From positions 1 through 64,000 of the forward strand of contig CAWIXE010000002.1 in assembly GCA_963840035.1 (NCBI GenBank): DNA of 64,000 bases, given 5' to 3'. The DNA is from a candidate division FCPU426 bacterium (lineage in GTDB: Bacteria; Oederibacteriota; PGYV01; Palsa-1178). Below the pieces are notes generated by a model. That model had not been told where the DNA came from, made no database searches, and worked only from the letters and a program-made list of their open reading frames with translations. Made by a program: the position numbers and the translations under genes. This document shows positions 14,201-25,313 of this stretch, piece after piece (positions within the stretch are counted from its first letter, which is position 1; each line of letters starts with the position of its first letter).

Positions 14201-17200
14201 TTTCTTCAGACGTCGAAATTTACGCATCCGGAAGCGTGAATATAAATTCAATAGCCATAACCCCTGCGGGAACAGTTTCCGTGGGCCAGCAGTTTACTGT
14301 TATACTAACTGCCGTGAATAACGGACAGGGAACTGCCGTGAATGTGCAGCCTTCAGCCTGGAGCGCGTCAGGCGCCGCATCCACCAGAAACAGCGGGCCG
14401 CTGCCGGCAACTTTAGCGTCACTGGCAACTCTTGCCACGCAGGAGTTTACATGGATCTATACCGCGGATGCCCCCGGCGCCATAGTATTTAACTCGTCCT
14501 TAACCGGAACTGACCAGATAAGCTTAACGGCTTTATCAGCAGGATCTGCCGCGTCCAATACAATTACCATAGTCAACGCCGCGAACCTTGTGGCAAACAC
14601 AATATCGGCAGCTCCGGCAGAAGTAACGCTCGGCCAGCCTGTGACAGTGGTTCTGAATATCTCGAACAATGGCGGGGCTACAGCCGAGATGGTACTGCCT
14701 GTTACGCCGACCGCATCAGGCCCTGTAACCATTGATGTTCCTGCCACGCCCGCTGATATTGCGGCCGGAGCCAATCAGGATTATACGTGGACATTTATAA
14801 CGACAAATTCAGGCTTCATAAACTTCTCAAGCCATGCCATAGGATATGATTTCTACAGCAAGGCCACAAAGACCACTGTGGATATCACGACAAACGTTAT
14901 TAATGTGCAGACACCCGCGGCTATCACCGCTGTAATTACGGCACTGCCGGCGACTGTGAAAGAATTAAACGACATAATAACAGTGGTCATGAGCGTTTCA
15001 AACAGCGGACAGTCAACGGCCAATAACGTGATGGCGACAGTTACAGGTTATGGGACCGGAATTGTCGCAAACTACTTAAGCGGACCCGTGCCTGTAAATG
15101 CCACCATCACAGCCGGATCAACTTCGACATTTACATGGACATTCACGGGAATCGGCCTAGGCGTCCTGAACTTCAGCGGAAACGCGGCCGGTATTGACAA
15201 ACATACGTCATCACTCACTTCCTCGGATACGAATATAGCGGTTGTAAATGTGGTTTCCAACTCGCCGGTACTAACGGCTGACATGTCAATCATGCCCGCG
15301 AATGTGGCTGTAGGCCAGGAATTGACGATAATATTAACGGTTACTAACGTGGGGCTTGTTGACGCTTCTTCCGCCACACCGCCGGCATTTACGATTACAA
15401 CCGGTGTTACACAGATATCAGGCCCGACGCCGGCGTCGCAGTTCATACAGGCCGGCACGACAAAGTCGTTTGTGTGGAGATATGTCGCCACAACATCCGG
15501 CAATAAGACGGTAACAGGCAGGGCATGGGCGTCAAACGGCAGCGTCTACTCAAATTATGCCGAAGCATCTGTCATAGCCCATAACGGTTCAAATCTTACG
15601 CAGGATATCATACTCTCGCCGGCTGTAGTAAGCGTCGGCCAGAACTTCACCATACAGTTTGTAGTTACAAACACGGGCGGCAGCGCCGTAACCGGAGTTG
15701 TGCCGACTGCCTTTATAAAGATGGGAAGCGGAAATTATACATGGGTATCAGGCCCTGAACCCGCCACACAGACTGTAGCCGCGGGCGCGACAAGGGAATT
15801 CTTCCTTGTCTATAAAGCGATAGAAGCCGGCGACATTGGAATAAACGCCGGTGTAAAAGGCTATAACGAATACAGCGGCCAGATTGAGACAAGCCCGCTT
15901 AATTCTTCAAGCAACATGATTAACGCGGTTTCTCCCGCATCGCTGGTTTCAAGCATATATGTCCCGACAGTTGTAAACAGGGGCCAGTGGTTCACGGTGA
16001 CCATGCTGGTTACAAATAACGGCGGAGCCGCTTCCAACTCAACACTGCCTCTGCCGCTGAATATTGACGGGCCTGCGGGCGCCATAATACAGATAGCGCC
16101 TTCACCGGCAGCAATCGCGCCGGGCGCGTCAGCAATATTCACATTCACATACTCGGCAGCCGGCACAGGTACATTATCATTCAGAGGAAACGCGTCAGGC
16201 ACGGATGAGAACTCGCTTGCATCTGTTACAAGCGCTGAAACTTCAAGCGCCATAATGCGCATTAATAAACCGGCAAGCCTTGTGATGAATATATCCAAGG
16301 CGCAGATAGGCACGGTGGGAACGGGCGAATTCATAGACATAGTGCTTTCCGTGACGAACACGGGCGACACGGCAGCGCTTGATGTAACCCCGACCGCCAT
16401 AGCATTGGGCGGCGCCGGTTTTGCCGGATATGTCAGCGGATGCGTGCCTCAGAATGTGACATCGCTCGCGGGCGGCGCTTCAGCCTTCTTCGCGTGGCGT
16501 TATTCGGCGAATACAGCCGGTGTGGTAACATTCAGCGGCTCCATGCTGTCGGCAAATGACGCGATAAGCGGAGTGCCTGTGACGGTAACACCGTCGCTTG
16601 CGGCCGTATCAGTCACCATAGTAGACCAGGCTTCAATTAATATAACCGCGCTTACCGCTTCGCCTTCCACGATAAGCAACGGCCAGCAGGTAACCGTAAT
16701 AATGGATGTCAGAAATGACGGTACAGGCGACGCGATTAACGTGGCGCCTTCGGCAATGACTGTAATCGGCACTGCGGGATTAAACCCTGCATCAACACCC
16801 ACGCCTGCGGCATTGGTAACCAGCGGCGGAGGAACGGCTTCCTTCACATGGACTTATAATTCGGTTTCCACAGGCACATCGGTTTTCAGCGCAAAAGCCA
16901 ACGGTACTGACAATGCGTTCCCGTTCAAGGCTATAACTTCTGCCCCGTGGTGGTCAAATGCGGTCACTGTACAGCAGCCTGCAAACCTGACTGCGTCAAT
17001 GTTCCTTGTGCCATCGACTAAGGCCACGGTCGGACAGTTCATAACAGTGGTACTTGCTGTTACAAATACGGGCGGGGCAATGGCCCAGCAGGCATTCGGA
17101 GTTACGCCTGTTGTGACAAGCGGCAACGGCGGTTCCGCGCTTAACCTTACACTGCCCGCAAGCATTGATATACCCGCTCTTGGAAGCGTCAATTTCACAT

Positions 17201-20200
17201 GGACATACAGCGCCAATTCAACAGGCACAGTGACGTTCATCAGCGAAGCAAGGGGATATGACTTTAACACTAAGATAACAGCCACAGCGGGCGCGAGCGT
17301 CGGCGGGCTTAACATTCAGACAGCCCCTGTGCTTTCAACTGTAATTACAGCTTCACCTGCGGCAGTCGGGGTTGGTTCCAATATAACAGTTGTAATGTCC
17401 GTGTCCAACAGCGGACAGGCGGACGCCGGCATGGCAGTACCGACAGGTTTCGCTGTAAACGGCGCTTCAACCGCGCTTTACACGCTTTTATCCGGGCCGC
17501 TTCCTGTTTACACAACCATAACAGCAGGCCAGACAGTGACCTACACATGGATTTATAACCCGACATCCACGGGCGATCTTATATTTGACGGAGCCACAAC
17601 CGCGACAGATGTGAACAGCGGCGAGACATATAGCAGCACGCTTGCCACAAGCAACACTGTGCTTGTACAGCCTAACTACCCTGTCATGACCAGCTTTATC
17701 AGGGTCGCGCCGGCTGCTGTGTCAATCAACCAGAAGTTTACAATCGTAATGACAGTATCCAATACAGGAATAGTCGCCGCGAATAATGTGGCCCCGGTTG
17801 CGCCGCCGGCAATAGGCGTGGCAAGCGCCATATTCACAGGGCCAGCTCCTTCTACAGCGAACATACCTGCGGGCGGAACAGCAACGTTTACATGGGTTTA
17901 TACAGCGGGCTCCACGCCGGGAAGCGGCCTTGTGACTGACACTGCTTTCACCGGAATATATACTTCCACAGACAACAGCGACGGCGTTGCAAACGCCATA
18001 ACAGTCAACGCTCCGCCGCTCTTAGACGGCAACTATATGCTCATGTCAACGTCTCCTACCGGATTCTATTCAGTCGGACAGGTGATCACGCTGACTATGA
18101 CGATTAGCAATAACGGGGCGACTGACGCCGTGAACGTGGCGCCCCAGCTTCCTTTAACAAGGGTTGGAACAGGCAATGGCATAATCGGTTCGCCTTCGCC
18201 CGCTTCAATGTCCATACCGTCAGGCGCGACAGGGACGTTTACATGGAATGTCACGGCGACTACCGCGGGTGTCCTGGGTTATTATGGAAGGGCCACTGGC
18301 CAGGATATTAATACGCTTGCCACATATCAGAGCGTAACAGCCACTTCAACACAGGCCACCATACAGTCGCCGGCGCATCTTACTGCTGTCATCAACATAG
18401 AAGGCACAAAGATGAACCTCGGCCAGACGGTCCAGGTTACAATGAATGTCACAAATTCCGGCCAGTCACCGGCGGATAACGTAATACCTACGGACCTTCT
18501 GGTAACAGCTGATTCCACAGGCGGCATGATACCTCCGATAGGGCCTCTGCCTGCAAGCCACACCATAGCGGGCGGCGCCACTGAAATATTTACATGGGTC
18601 TTCCAGGCAACAGGCCAGGGCAGCGTAAAGCTTTACGGCAGCGCCTCAGGCACTGACCATAACAGTACGCTTGGCGTATCATCGGTTAACGCCACAAGCG
18701 CGCAGGTGCTGGTACAGATGCCGGCTCAGCTTAGCGCGAACATGTGGGTATCACCGGCCACTCCACCGGCGATAACGACAGGCCAGCAGATAACAGTATA
18801 TATGTCGGTAACCAATACAGGCGAAGCTGATGCGGTTGCAGTAACACCTACCGCGCTTGCTGAGGCGGGTACGGCTGTGGTAAATCCGTATTCATCACCG
18901 GCACCGGCCGCGGTAATAGCAGGAGGATCTACAACAGTCTTCACATGGGTTTTTGATACTGTTACATCCGGCACAAAGTCATTTAACGCGTCAGTTGACG
19001 GTTGGGACGGCAATGAGCCGGTTCAGATCGCCTCTAACGCCACTACATCAAATACAGTAACCATAGCTGACTCGGCATACTTAACGGCAGGAATGTCGGT
19101 TTCACAGCAGGTTGTTTCAGTTGGCCAGTCAATTACGGTAGTGCTTACAGTTACAAACGACGGCACGGCACAGACGGTTAACCCGGCAAATGTTACAGGA
19201 ACTGTACAGCTTGTAAATGTAACCGCGGGAATAGTGCCGCTGACACTGGCTTCAATTTCAGGCCCAATACTTGTTGCCGGGGAAGTTTCATTCACATGGA
19301 CATACAGCGCCACGGCGCCGGGCGTGGTTACATTCAGCTCATACGCAAGCTACGTTGACATATACGGAAGCAAACAGACTGTTCCGCAGCTTTCACCGCA
19401 GGTGCAGGTACAGGCGGCAGCCAACCTGACGGCTTCAATATCAGTGCCGTCAAACGTGAATAATGGACAGCTCTTTACGGTAAATATGCTGGTTAATAAT
19501 ACAGGCGGGGCAGGCGCTTCAAATGTGATGCCGGTCCTGGTTTCTGACACCGTATCAAGCACACCTGACATCACGCTGCAGAATGTAATATCAGCCCAGC
19601 CTATAGCGGGCGGAAGTTCGGCAAACTTCCAGTTCATATACCTGGCAAATACCAACGGCACGCTTTACTTCAGCGCGAACGCGGCCGGCATTGACGACAA
19701 CAGCGGCAGCGTTGTAGCGGCCCCGTGGACCCCAAGGGCCAATGTGGCTATACAGGCGCCGTCAAGCCTTTCTATTACGGCATTTACAAATACGCCTCCC
19801 GTTGTGACGCAGGATCAGCTCTTTACAATAAGAATGACTGTATCCAATTTCGGGGATGGCGGAGCGTATAATGTAGTACCGGTACTCTTTAACGGCGCCG
19901 GCGGAACAGCTATCCTGCGCTCAGGTCCGCTGCCTGTGTCAGCTCCGGCGCTTGCGGGTCATGAATCCATGACATTCACATGGACATATTCGGCGACAGG
20001 AGTCGGCAATATAGTGTATTCAGCCGGAGCCAACGGACGCGATACGAACACGTCGCTGGTTACAACATCAGGCCCGTCATTCGCAATTACAGAAGGCATA
20101 ATAGCGAAACAGGCAATACTTACATCAGAACTCATAGTTAAGCCTGCAATAGCGGGTTACAGCCAGCAGCTTACGGTACAGCTATCAGTTACAAATACCG

Positions 20201-23200
20201 GTGTTTATCCGGCGGCCAACGTGCACGCGGATACATTATGCTGGACACCGCCTGCTGGAGCGGATTATTTCACAAATACAGTAACGCCCGTAGGCCTCTT
20301 TAACCTGGCTGTTGGCCAGTCAAGGGTCTTCCAGTGGATATTTACAACCAGCAACCAGCCCGGCACCATTTCCTTCAGTGTTAAAGCTTTAGGCGTGGAT
20401 AATCCGACACCGGGTCCCGGAGTTGGCAATATAGAATCAACAAATGCCTTAAACACTGTTGTCATATCGCCGCCGCCACAGCTTTACGCCAGCATAGACG
20501 CGTTCCCGACGATTGTTAATGAAGGGCAGTTTATAACCATAATAATGACTGTTACAAACGCCGGAACTGCCACGGCAGTAAATGTTATGCCTTCACAGCT
20601 TTATAAGAGCGGTACAGGATTTACAACGCCGAGCAACCCGGATTCGCCAGTGCCTTCATCAACAAGCATTGCCGCAGGAGGAGAAGCTTACTTTACATGG
20701 ATTACACAGGCGGACAATCCGGGCGCCGGAGCAGTTAACTGGACGGGATGGGCAACAGGAAATGACATGAATAACGGATCGCCGGTAGCGGCCACGCAGA
20801 CAGCTTCAAACAACGTAACTATAGAAGTGGCCGCGACATTTGCCGCACCTTCAATATCCATACCGGCATTTGTCACGAGCGGCCAGACAATAACTGTGAC
20901 AATGACTGTAACAAATCTTGGAACTGGGACACTGCTTAACGCGGCTCCAAACCCGATAGGCTTAAACATTACAGGGACAGGCGGGCTTGTGCCGCCGAGC
21001 ACGCTTCCTTCGGCTGTCAATATAGCAGGCGGCACATCAGCGACATTTACATGGTTATACCTGGCAGCGGGTACCGGTTCGGTGCAGCTTCTCAGGCCAG
21101 CTGACAGGCACTGATTCAAATTCGGGAATGATTTATAATTCGGCGATAAGGACTTCGTCGGTGTGCGTCATACAGAACCCGGCAGTGCTGACATCAAAAA
21201 TATTTGTGAATCCGGCCGTTGTCTATAACGGCCAGCTTATTACAGTATCACTGGTTGTAACAAATTCCGGCCAGGCTACCGCTTCCTGGGTAAGCCCGAC
21301 CGCCCTTGTTGACGGAATAACATTAACACACGCAGGCATTATAGACCCGGTAGTAACCCAGATTAGCCCGTCACCTACGACTTATACGGTAACCGGAGGT
21401 AAGGTGTGGGTGTACAAATGGATTTATACCGCAAGCGGAGACGGCAGCATTACATTTAATTCAGAGGCTACAGGTATTGAGGATAATACAGGCAATACAC
21501 TGACGACACCAAGGACAGGTGCAACCATTACGCTCCTGCCTTCGGCGTCACTTACATCGTCAATGTGGCTTTCAAGCACCAGCCTGTCGGTCGGCCAGCA
21601 TATTACAGTCAGGATGACAGTTGCAAATAATGGTGTTGGTACTGCGCAGGCATATAATATTGACGTTAATCCGTCTGTATTATCCAGGATTGGTACGCCC
21701 GGTTCCCTAATATTCTTAACAGGCCCGACAATTGTCGATATGCCGCCGTTTGTAGCGCCATATCCGACACCTGTCACAAGGGCCGTAGGCGAATACGTAA
21801 CGTTTGAGTGGACTTATAGCGCGTCAGCGGTTGGCACATCCAACTTCAGCGCACAGGCAAGGGGCAGAGACTCGGGCATTGGCGCAATCACGGATATACC
21901 GTTATTATCACCGCAGGTCAGCGTGCTCACGCCGTCTTCGCTTGCGGCAGCGGTCACAGGATTCCCGGCGACTGTTAATATAGGTCAGAATTTTACGGTT
22001 CATGTAACCGTGTCAAATCTCGGCGGCACACCTGCAGTTTCAGGAGGCTCAGATAATTTATTCTGGGGCTATAACACAGCGCTTGCAACACTTGTAAGCG
22101 GACCAGTACCTGCAATACCGGCTGATTTTGCCGGAAATTCCAGGAGCGTATTTGAATTCAGGTTTACAGCAGCGTCAGCGGGTGCCTTCAGTGTCACTGC
22201 AAGCGCTACAGCCATTGATTCCAACTCGGGTCTGCCGGTTTCCTCGAGTGTGGCTACAGGAAATACAATTGCCATAAACAGGCCAGCCGACCTTACCAGT
22301 TATGTATCGGGAATACCTTCAAGCGGAACGTTATCGCTTGATCAGATAATAACTGTCATTCTGACAGTTTCAAATGTCGGGGATTCCAGGGCAAACGGCG
22401 TATTACCCGCAGCTCCTGCTATACAGTATAATTCAGCAGGGACAACAATCCTGCTTAAGAATTCGCCATCTGTCACGCCTGTAAATATTAACGGCAGCTC
22501 AACAGCAAGGTTTACCTGGACTTATTCAGCAACCGGGATAGGCAATGTAACATTCAGCGTATCAGCAGGGGCGGCCATAGATAATACCTCCGGCGCGGCA
22601 GTGCCTTACAGCGATCTCAATCCATCGGTTTCATTCAACATAACGCCTCCTATGCCGAATTTGGTCGTAAATTATGTAAGCAACATCTCAGCCCATAACC
22701 CGGTTTATTACGGGGAAGCCATAACAGTTATCATGAACGTGTCTAATATCGGGACAATAGCGGCGACTGCTGTAACACCGTCAGCGCTGCCATCGGTGCC
22801 GGCAGGCATTATAAATGACCCTGCCACAGTATCACCGGGCCCGGCAGCGATTATTCCGGTAGGCTCAAATGTCAGCTTCACATGGATTTATAACGCGAAT
22901 CCGGGTCCGACAGCAGGCGCTGCCACTATTGATCTTAGCGTGACCGGCATGAGCCAGGGAACACAGTTACCTGTTTCAATCTCTGACTCAACTGTCATAA
23001 CTGTTAAGGCTTCGGGCGCACACTTCTCAGCTGAAGTAAGCGCACTGCCTTCAACTGTCGCCATAACACAGTTCATTACAGTAGTAATGACGGTTACAAA
23101 CGACGGCCAGACAGTTGCTGATACACTTGTGCCTATCACACCTGTGCTTTCAAGCGGAAGCACGGGAGCTGTTACATTGTTAACATCGCCAACCGGACCA

Positions 23201-23686
23201 TGGGCTGGTATCGCTGTAGGGACGGCAACATCATTCACGTGGACATACAGCGCTTCAGCAGGAGGAGTGTTAAACTTCAGCACCGGGGTCAACTGGACTT
23301 ATACGGACGGGCTTGTGTCAGTTCCAGGCGTGTCGAGGATTGTATCGTCACAGGTCAGGATAGATATGGGCATCCCGCAGCCTGCGGCCATGAACAGCAT
23401 GGTCCTGAACAAGAACTCATTCAATGTAACCAACGGCGAAACGGTCGCGGTTACATTCAGCTCCACCAAAGCAGGCCCGGCACAGATGATGGTATTTAAT
23501 TCCGCGGGCGCCAGGATAAGGCTCGTGGATTTAGGGCCGGTCATACCTAACATACTTTACACGCAGCTTGCCGTATGGGACGGAACTGCGGATGATAAGA
23601 TGCGAGTAACAGCAGGCATATACATAATAAAGATAAAAGTGGGAACCGTAGAAATAGGCACTAAGCTGGTTGCCGTAAAAAAATAG
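1..23686 (+). CDS. Giant repetitive surface protein (5' end outside the window): roughly 65 Ig-like (CARDB/DUF11-like) modules estimated from length, with a C-terminal FlgD-Ig/T9SS-like sorting domain. Split in the ORF track by indels at ~381-660 and ~21085
   Basis: ORFs 67..384, 520..21114 and 21128..23686 all carry the same module (..GQxITVxMxVxNxG..A..V.P..FTWxY..G...F). Removing one base near 21085 gives GTGSV-SFSGQLTGTDSNSG-M, in frame with 21128. C-terminus reads VFNSAGARIR..WDGTADDKMRVTAGIYIIKIK..KLVAVKK. Confidence 0.85.
8298..15560 (+). repeat. Diverged copies of the same 7-module super-repeat (equivalent starts ~9697, 12136, 14581)
   Basis: Same module order at protein level (e.g. 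PAEITVGQQL / PSEITAGQQL / PAEVTLGQPV; TVRQVMDNIT / TVRQVMDDIT / TVKELNDIIT), period about 2440 bp. Confidence 0.85.
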
Positions 23687-23698
23687 CAGGGAGAAAAA

Positions 23699-25252
23699 AT
23701 GAAAAAGTATTTGAAGGCTGCAGTCTTCACAGCAGTGTTGCTTTTGCCGGGGCTTATATTGGCCCTTGGCGGCGGCACTTCAAACGCTGATTTCCTTAAA
23801 ATAGGCGTGGGCGCAAGGCCCGCTGCTATGGGTGACGCTTACGCGGCAGTATCAGACGACCCGAACGCGTGTTTCTGGAACCCGGCTGGAATCACATCCA
23901 TAGACAAATGGTCATTCACAGGAATGTATCTGGCGTGGTTCCTTAATTCCAATTATGAATTTGCCGCTGTTGTAATGCCCATTGATAATATGACAAACGC
24001 CGGGTTATCCATAAATATGCTTAACATTCCGGGTTTTGACTCGACTGGCGGGCTTGATACCCCTGCGCCTGCGTCATATGACCTGGCAGTAACGCTGACA
24101 CTTGCCCGTAACCTCGGCAATCTTTATACTAAAGATTTTACCATAGGCAATATTTCGCTCGGAGCGAATCTGACATATATTAAAAGGTCACTTACAGGCA
24201 TTGACCTGGGGTCGCAGTTTTCCGCTGATTTCGGATTAATTGCCAATATCACCGACTTCATGAAGTTCGGAATTGTGATGCAGGATATTGGCGCATCATT
24301 AGGAGAGGACCCGTCGCCGTTTAACATAAAGGCCGGCGGGAGCTGGAATATCGACATATCAAAGGATTTTTCAATGCTTATAGCCGCCGATCTTAACAAA
24401 CCGGTGGATGTCACCAATCCCGAGTTCCAGCGCTGGTATTTCGGCATCGGAACTGAGTTAAGGCTGACTAATTACGCGTTCATAAGGGCCGGATATAAAT
24501 TCGGGCAGGAATATCAGGGGCTTACAGCCGGATGCGGTTTTGCCATACCCGGAATGGGTTCGCTTGATTATGCGTTCATGCCGCATACTGAACTGGGAAA
24601 CACGCACCGGGCTTCGCTGTCGTTTAAATTTGGCAATCAGATACAGCGTCCGCTGGTGGGCTCGCCGCAGCCGCCGCAGAAAGTAACGGCCATATCCGGC
24701 GATAAAGTCGTATCCATCGGATGGGACCCGAATCCAGAGGGAAACATCATCGGATATAATATTTACTTCAAGGAAAAGACAGACAAAAAATACGCCAAGT
24801 TAAATAAAGAACCGATACTTGAGGAGTCAAAATTCAAAGCTCTGCTGAATAATGACGTCACATATTCGTTTGTGGTTACAGCTATTAACAACAGAAACCT
24901 TGAGAGCGTATACTCGTCCTCTACGGAGGCTACCCCCAAGAAATATGAGGTGTTAAAGCCGTCACAGGTCCAGGGCGTCATAGCCAAAGTTGACGGCACG
25001 AACATTGTCGTTACATGGAACTTAAACAAAGAGGATTTTGTAATAGGCTACAACCTGTATTATAAGAAAGACGGCGACGCCAAATATAAAAGGCTTAACC
25101 AAAAGATACTCAGAGAAGCTACAGCCACCTTAGGCGGACTTACGGCAAAGGTCAGGTATTTCTTCACCGTAACGGCGCTGACAAAGGACGGGATGGAAAG
25201 CGATTTCTCCGAGGTAAATTCGGCGCAGATTGACGCAGAGGAGTACTACTAA
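23699..25252 (+). CDS. PorV/PorQ-family (UPF0164-like) outer-membrane beta-barrel with two C-terminal fibronectin type III domains
   Basis: Signal peptide; FLKIGVGARPAAMGDAYAAVSDDPNACFWNPAG motif; barrel end LDYAF..ELGNTHRASLSFKFG; two FN3-like repeats (W..N.E..IIGYNIY..Y.F.VTA....ES..S). Confidence 0.8.
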   Translation: MKKYLKAAVFTAVLLLPGLILALGGGTSNADFLKIGVGARPAAMGDAYAAVSDDPNACFWNPAGITSIDKWSFTGMYLAWFLNSNYEFAAVVMPIDNMTNAGLSINMLNIPGFDSTGGLDTPAPASYDLAVTLTLARNLGNLYTKDFTIGNISLGANLTYIKRSLTGIDLGSQFSADFGLIANITDFMKFGIVMQDIGASLGEDPSPFNIKAGGSWNIDISKDFSMLIAADLNKPVDVTNPEFQRWYFGIGTELRLTNYAFIRAGYKFGQEYQGLTAGCGFAIPGMGSLDYAFMPHTELGNTHRASLSFKFGNQIQRPLVGSPQPPQKVTAISGDKVVSIGWDPNPEGNIIGYNIYFKEKTDKKYAKLNKEPILEESKFKALLNNDVTYSFVVTAINNRNLESVYSSSTEATPKKYEVLKPSQVQGVIAKVDGTNIVVTWNLNKEDFVIGYNLYYKKDGDAKYKRLNQKILREATATLGGLTAKVRYFFTVTALTKDGMESDFSEVNSAQIDAEEYY

Positions 25253-25256
25253 CATA

Positions 25257-25293
25257 TAAAAAAGGGCCGCGGTTAAAAACCGCGGCCTTTTTT
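25257..25293 (+). terminator. Intrinsic terminator, likely bidirectional
   Basis: GGCCGCGGTT-AA-AACCGCGGCC hairpin with an upstream A-run and a downstream T-run, just after the stop at 25252. Confidence 0.85.
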
Positions 25294-25313
25294 GTCTTTA
25301 AAAGGATGGCGCC

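Noticed and set aside
723..23553. Long minus-strand ORFs (up to 501 aa) under the giant gene
   Set aside because: They are antisense shadows of a repetitive, codon-biased gene: they mirror the + frame, repeat with the same period and show no independent protein motifs or RBS.
1..23686. Diversity-generating retroelement acting on the repeats
   Set aside because: No reverse transcriptase in the window, and differences between copies are not obviously adenine-specific.
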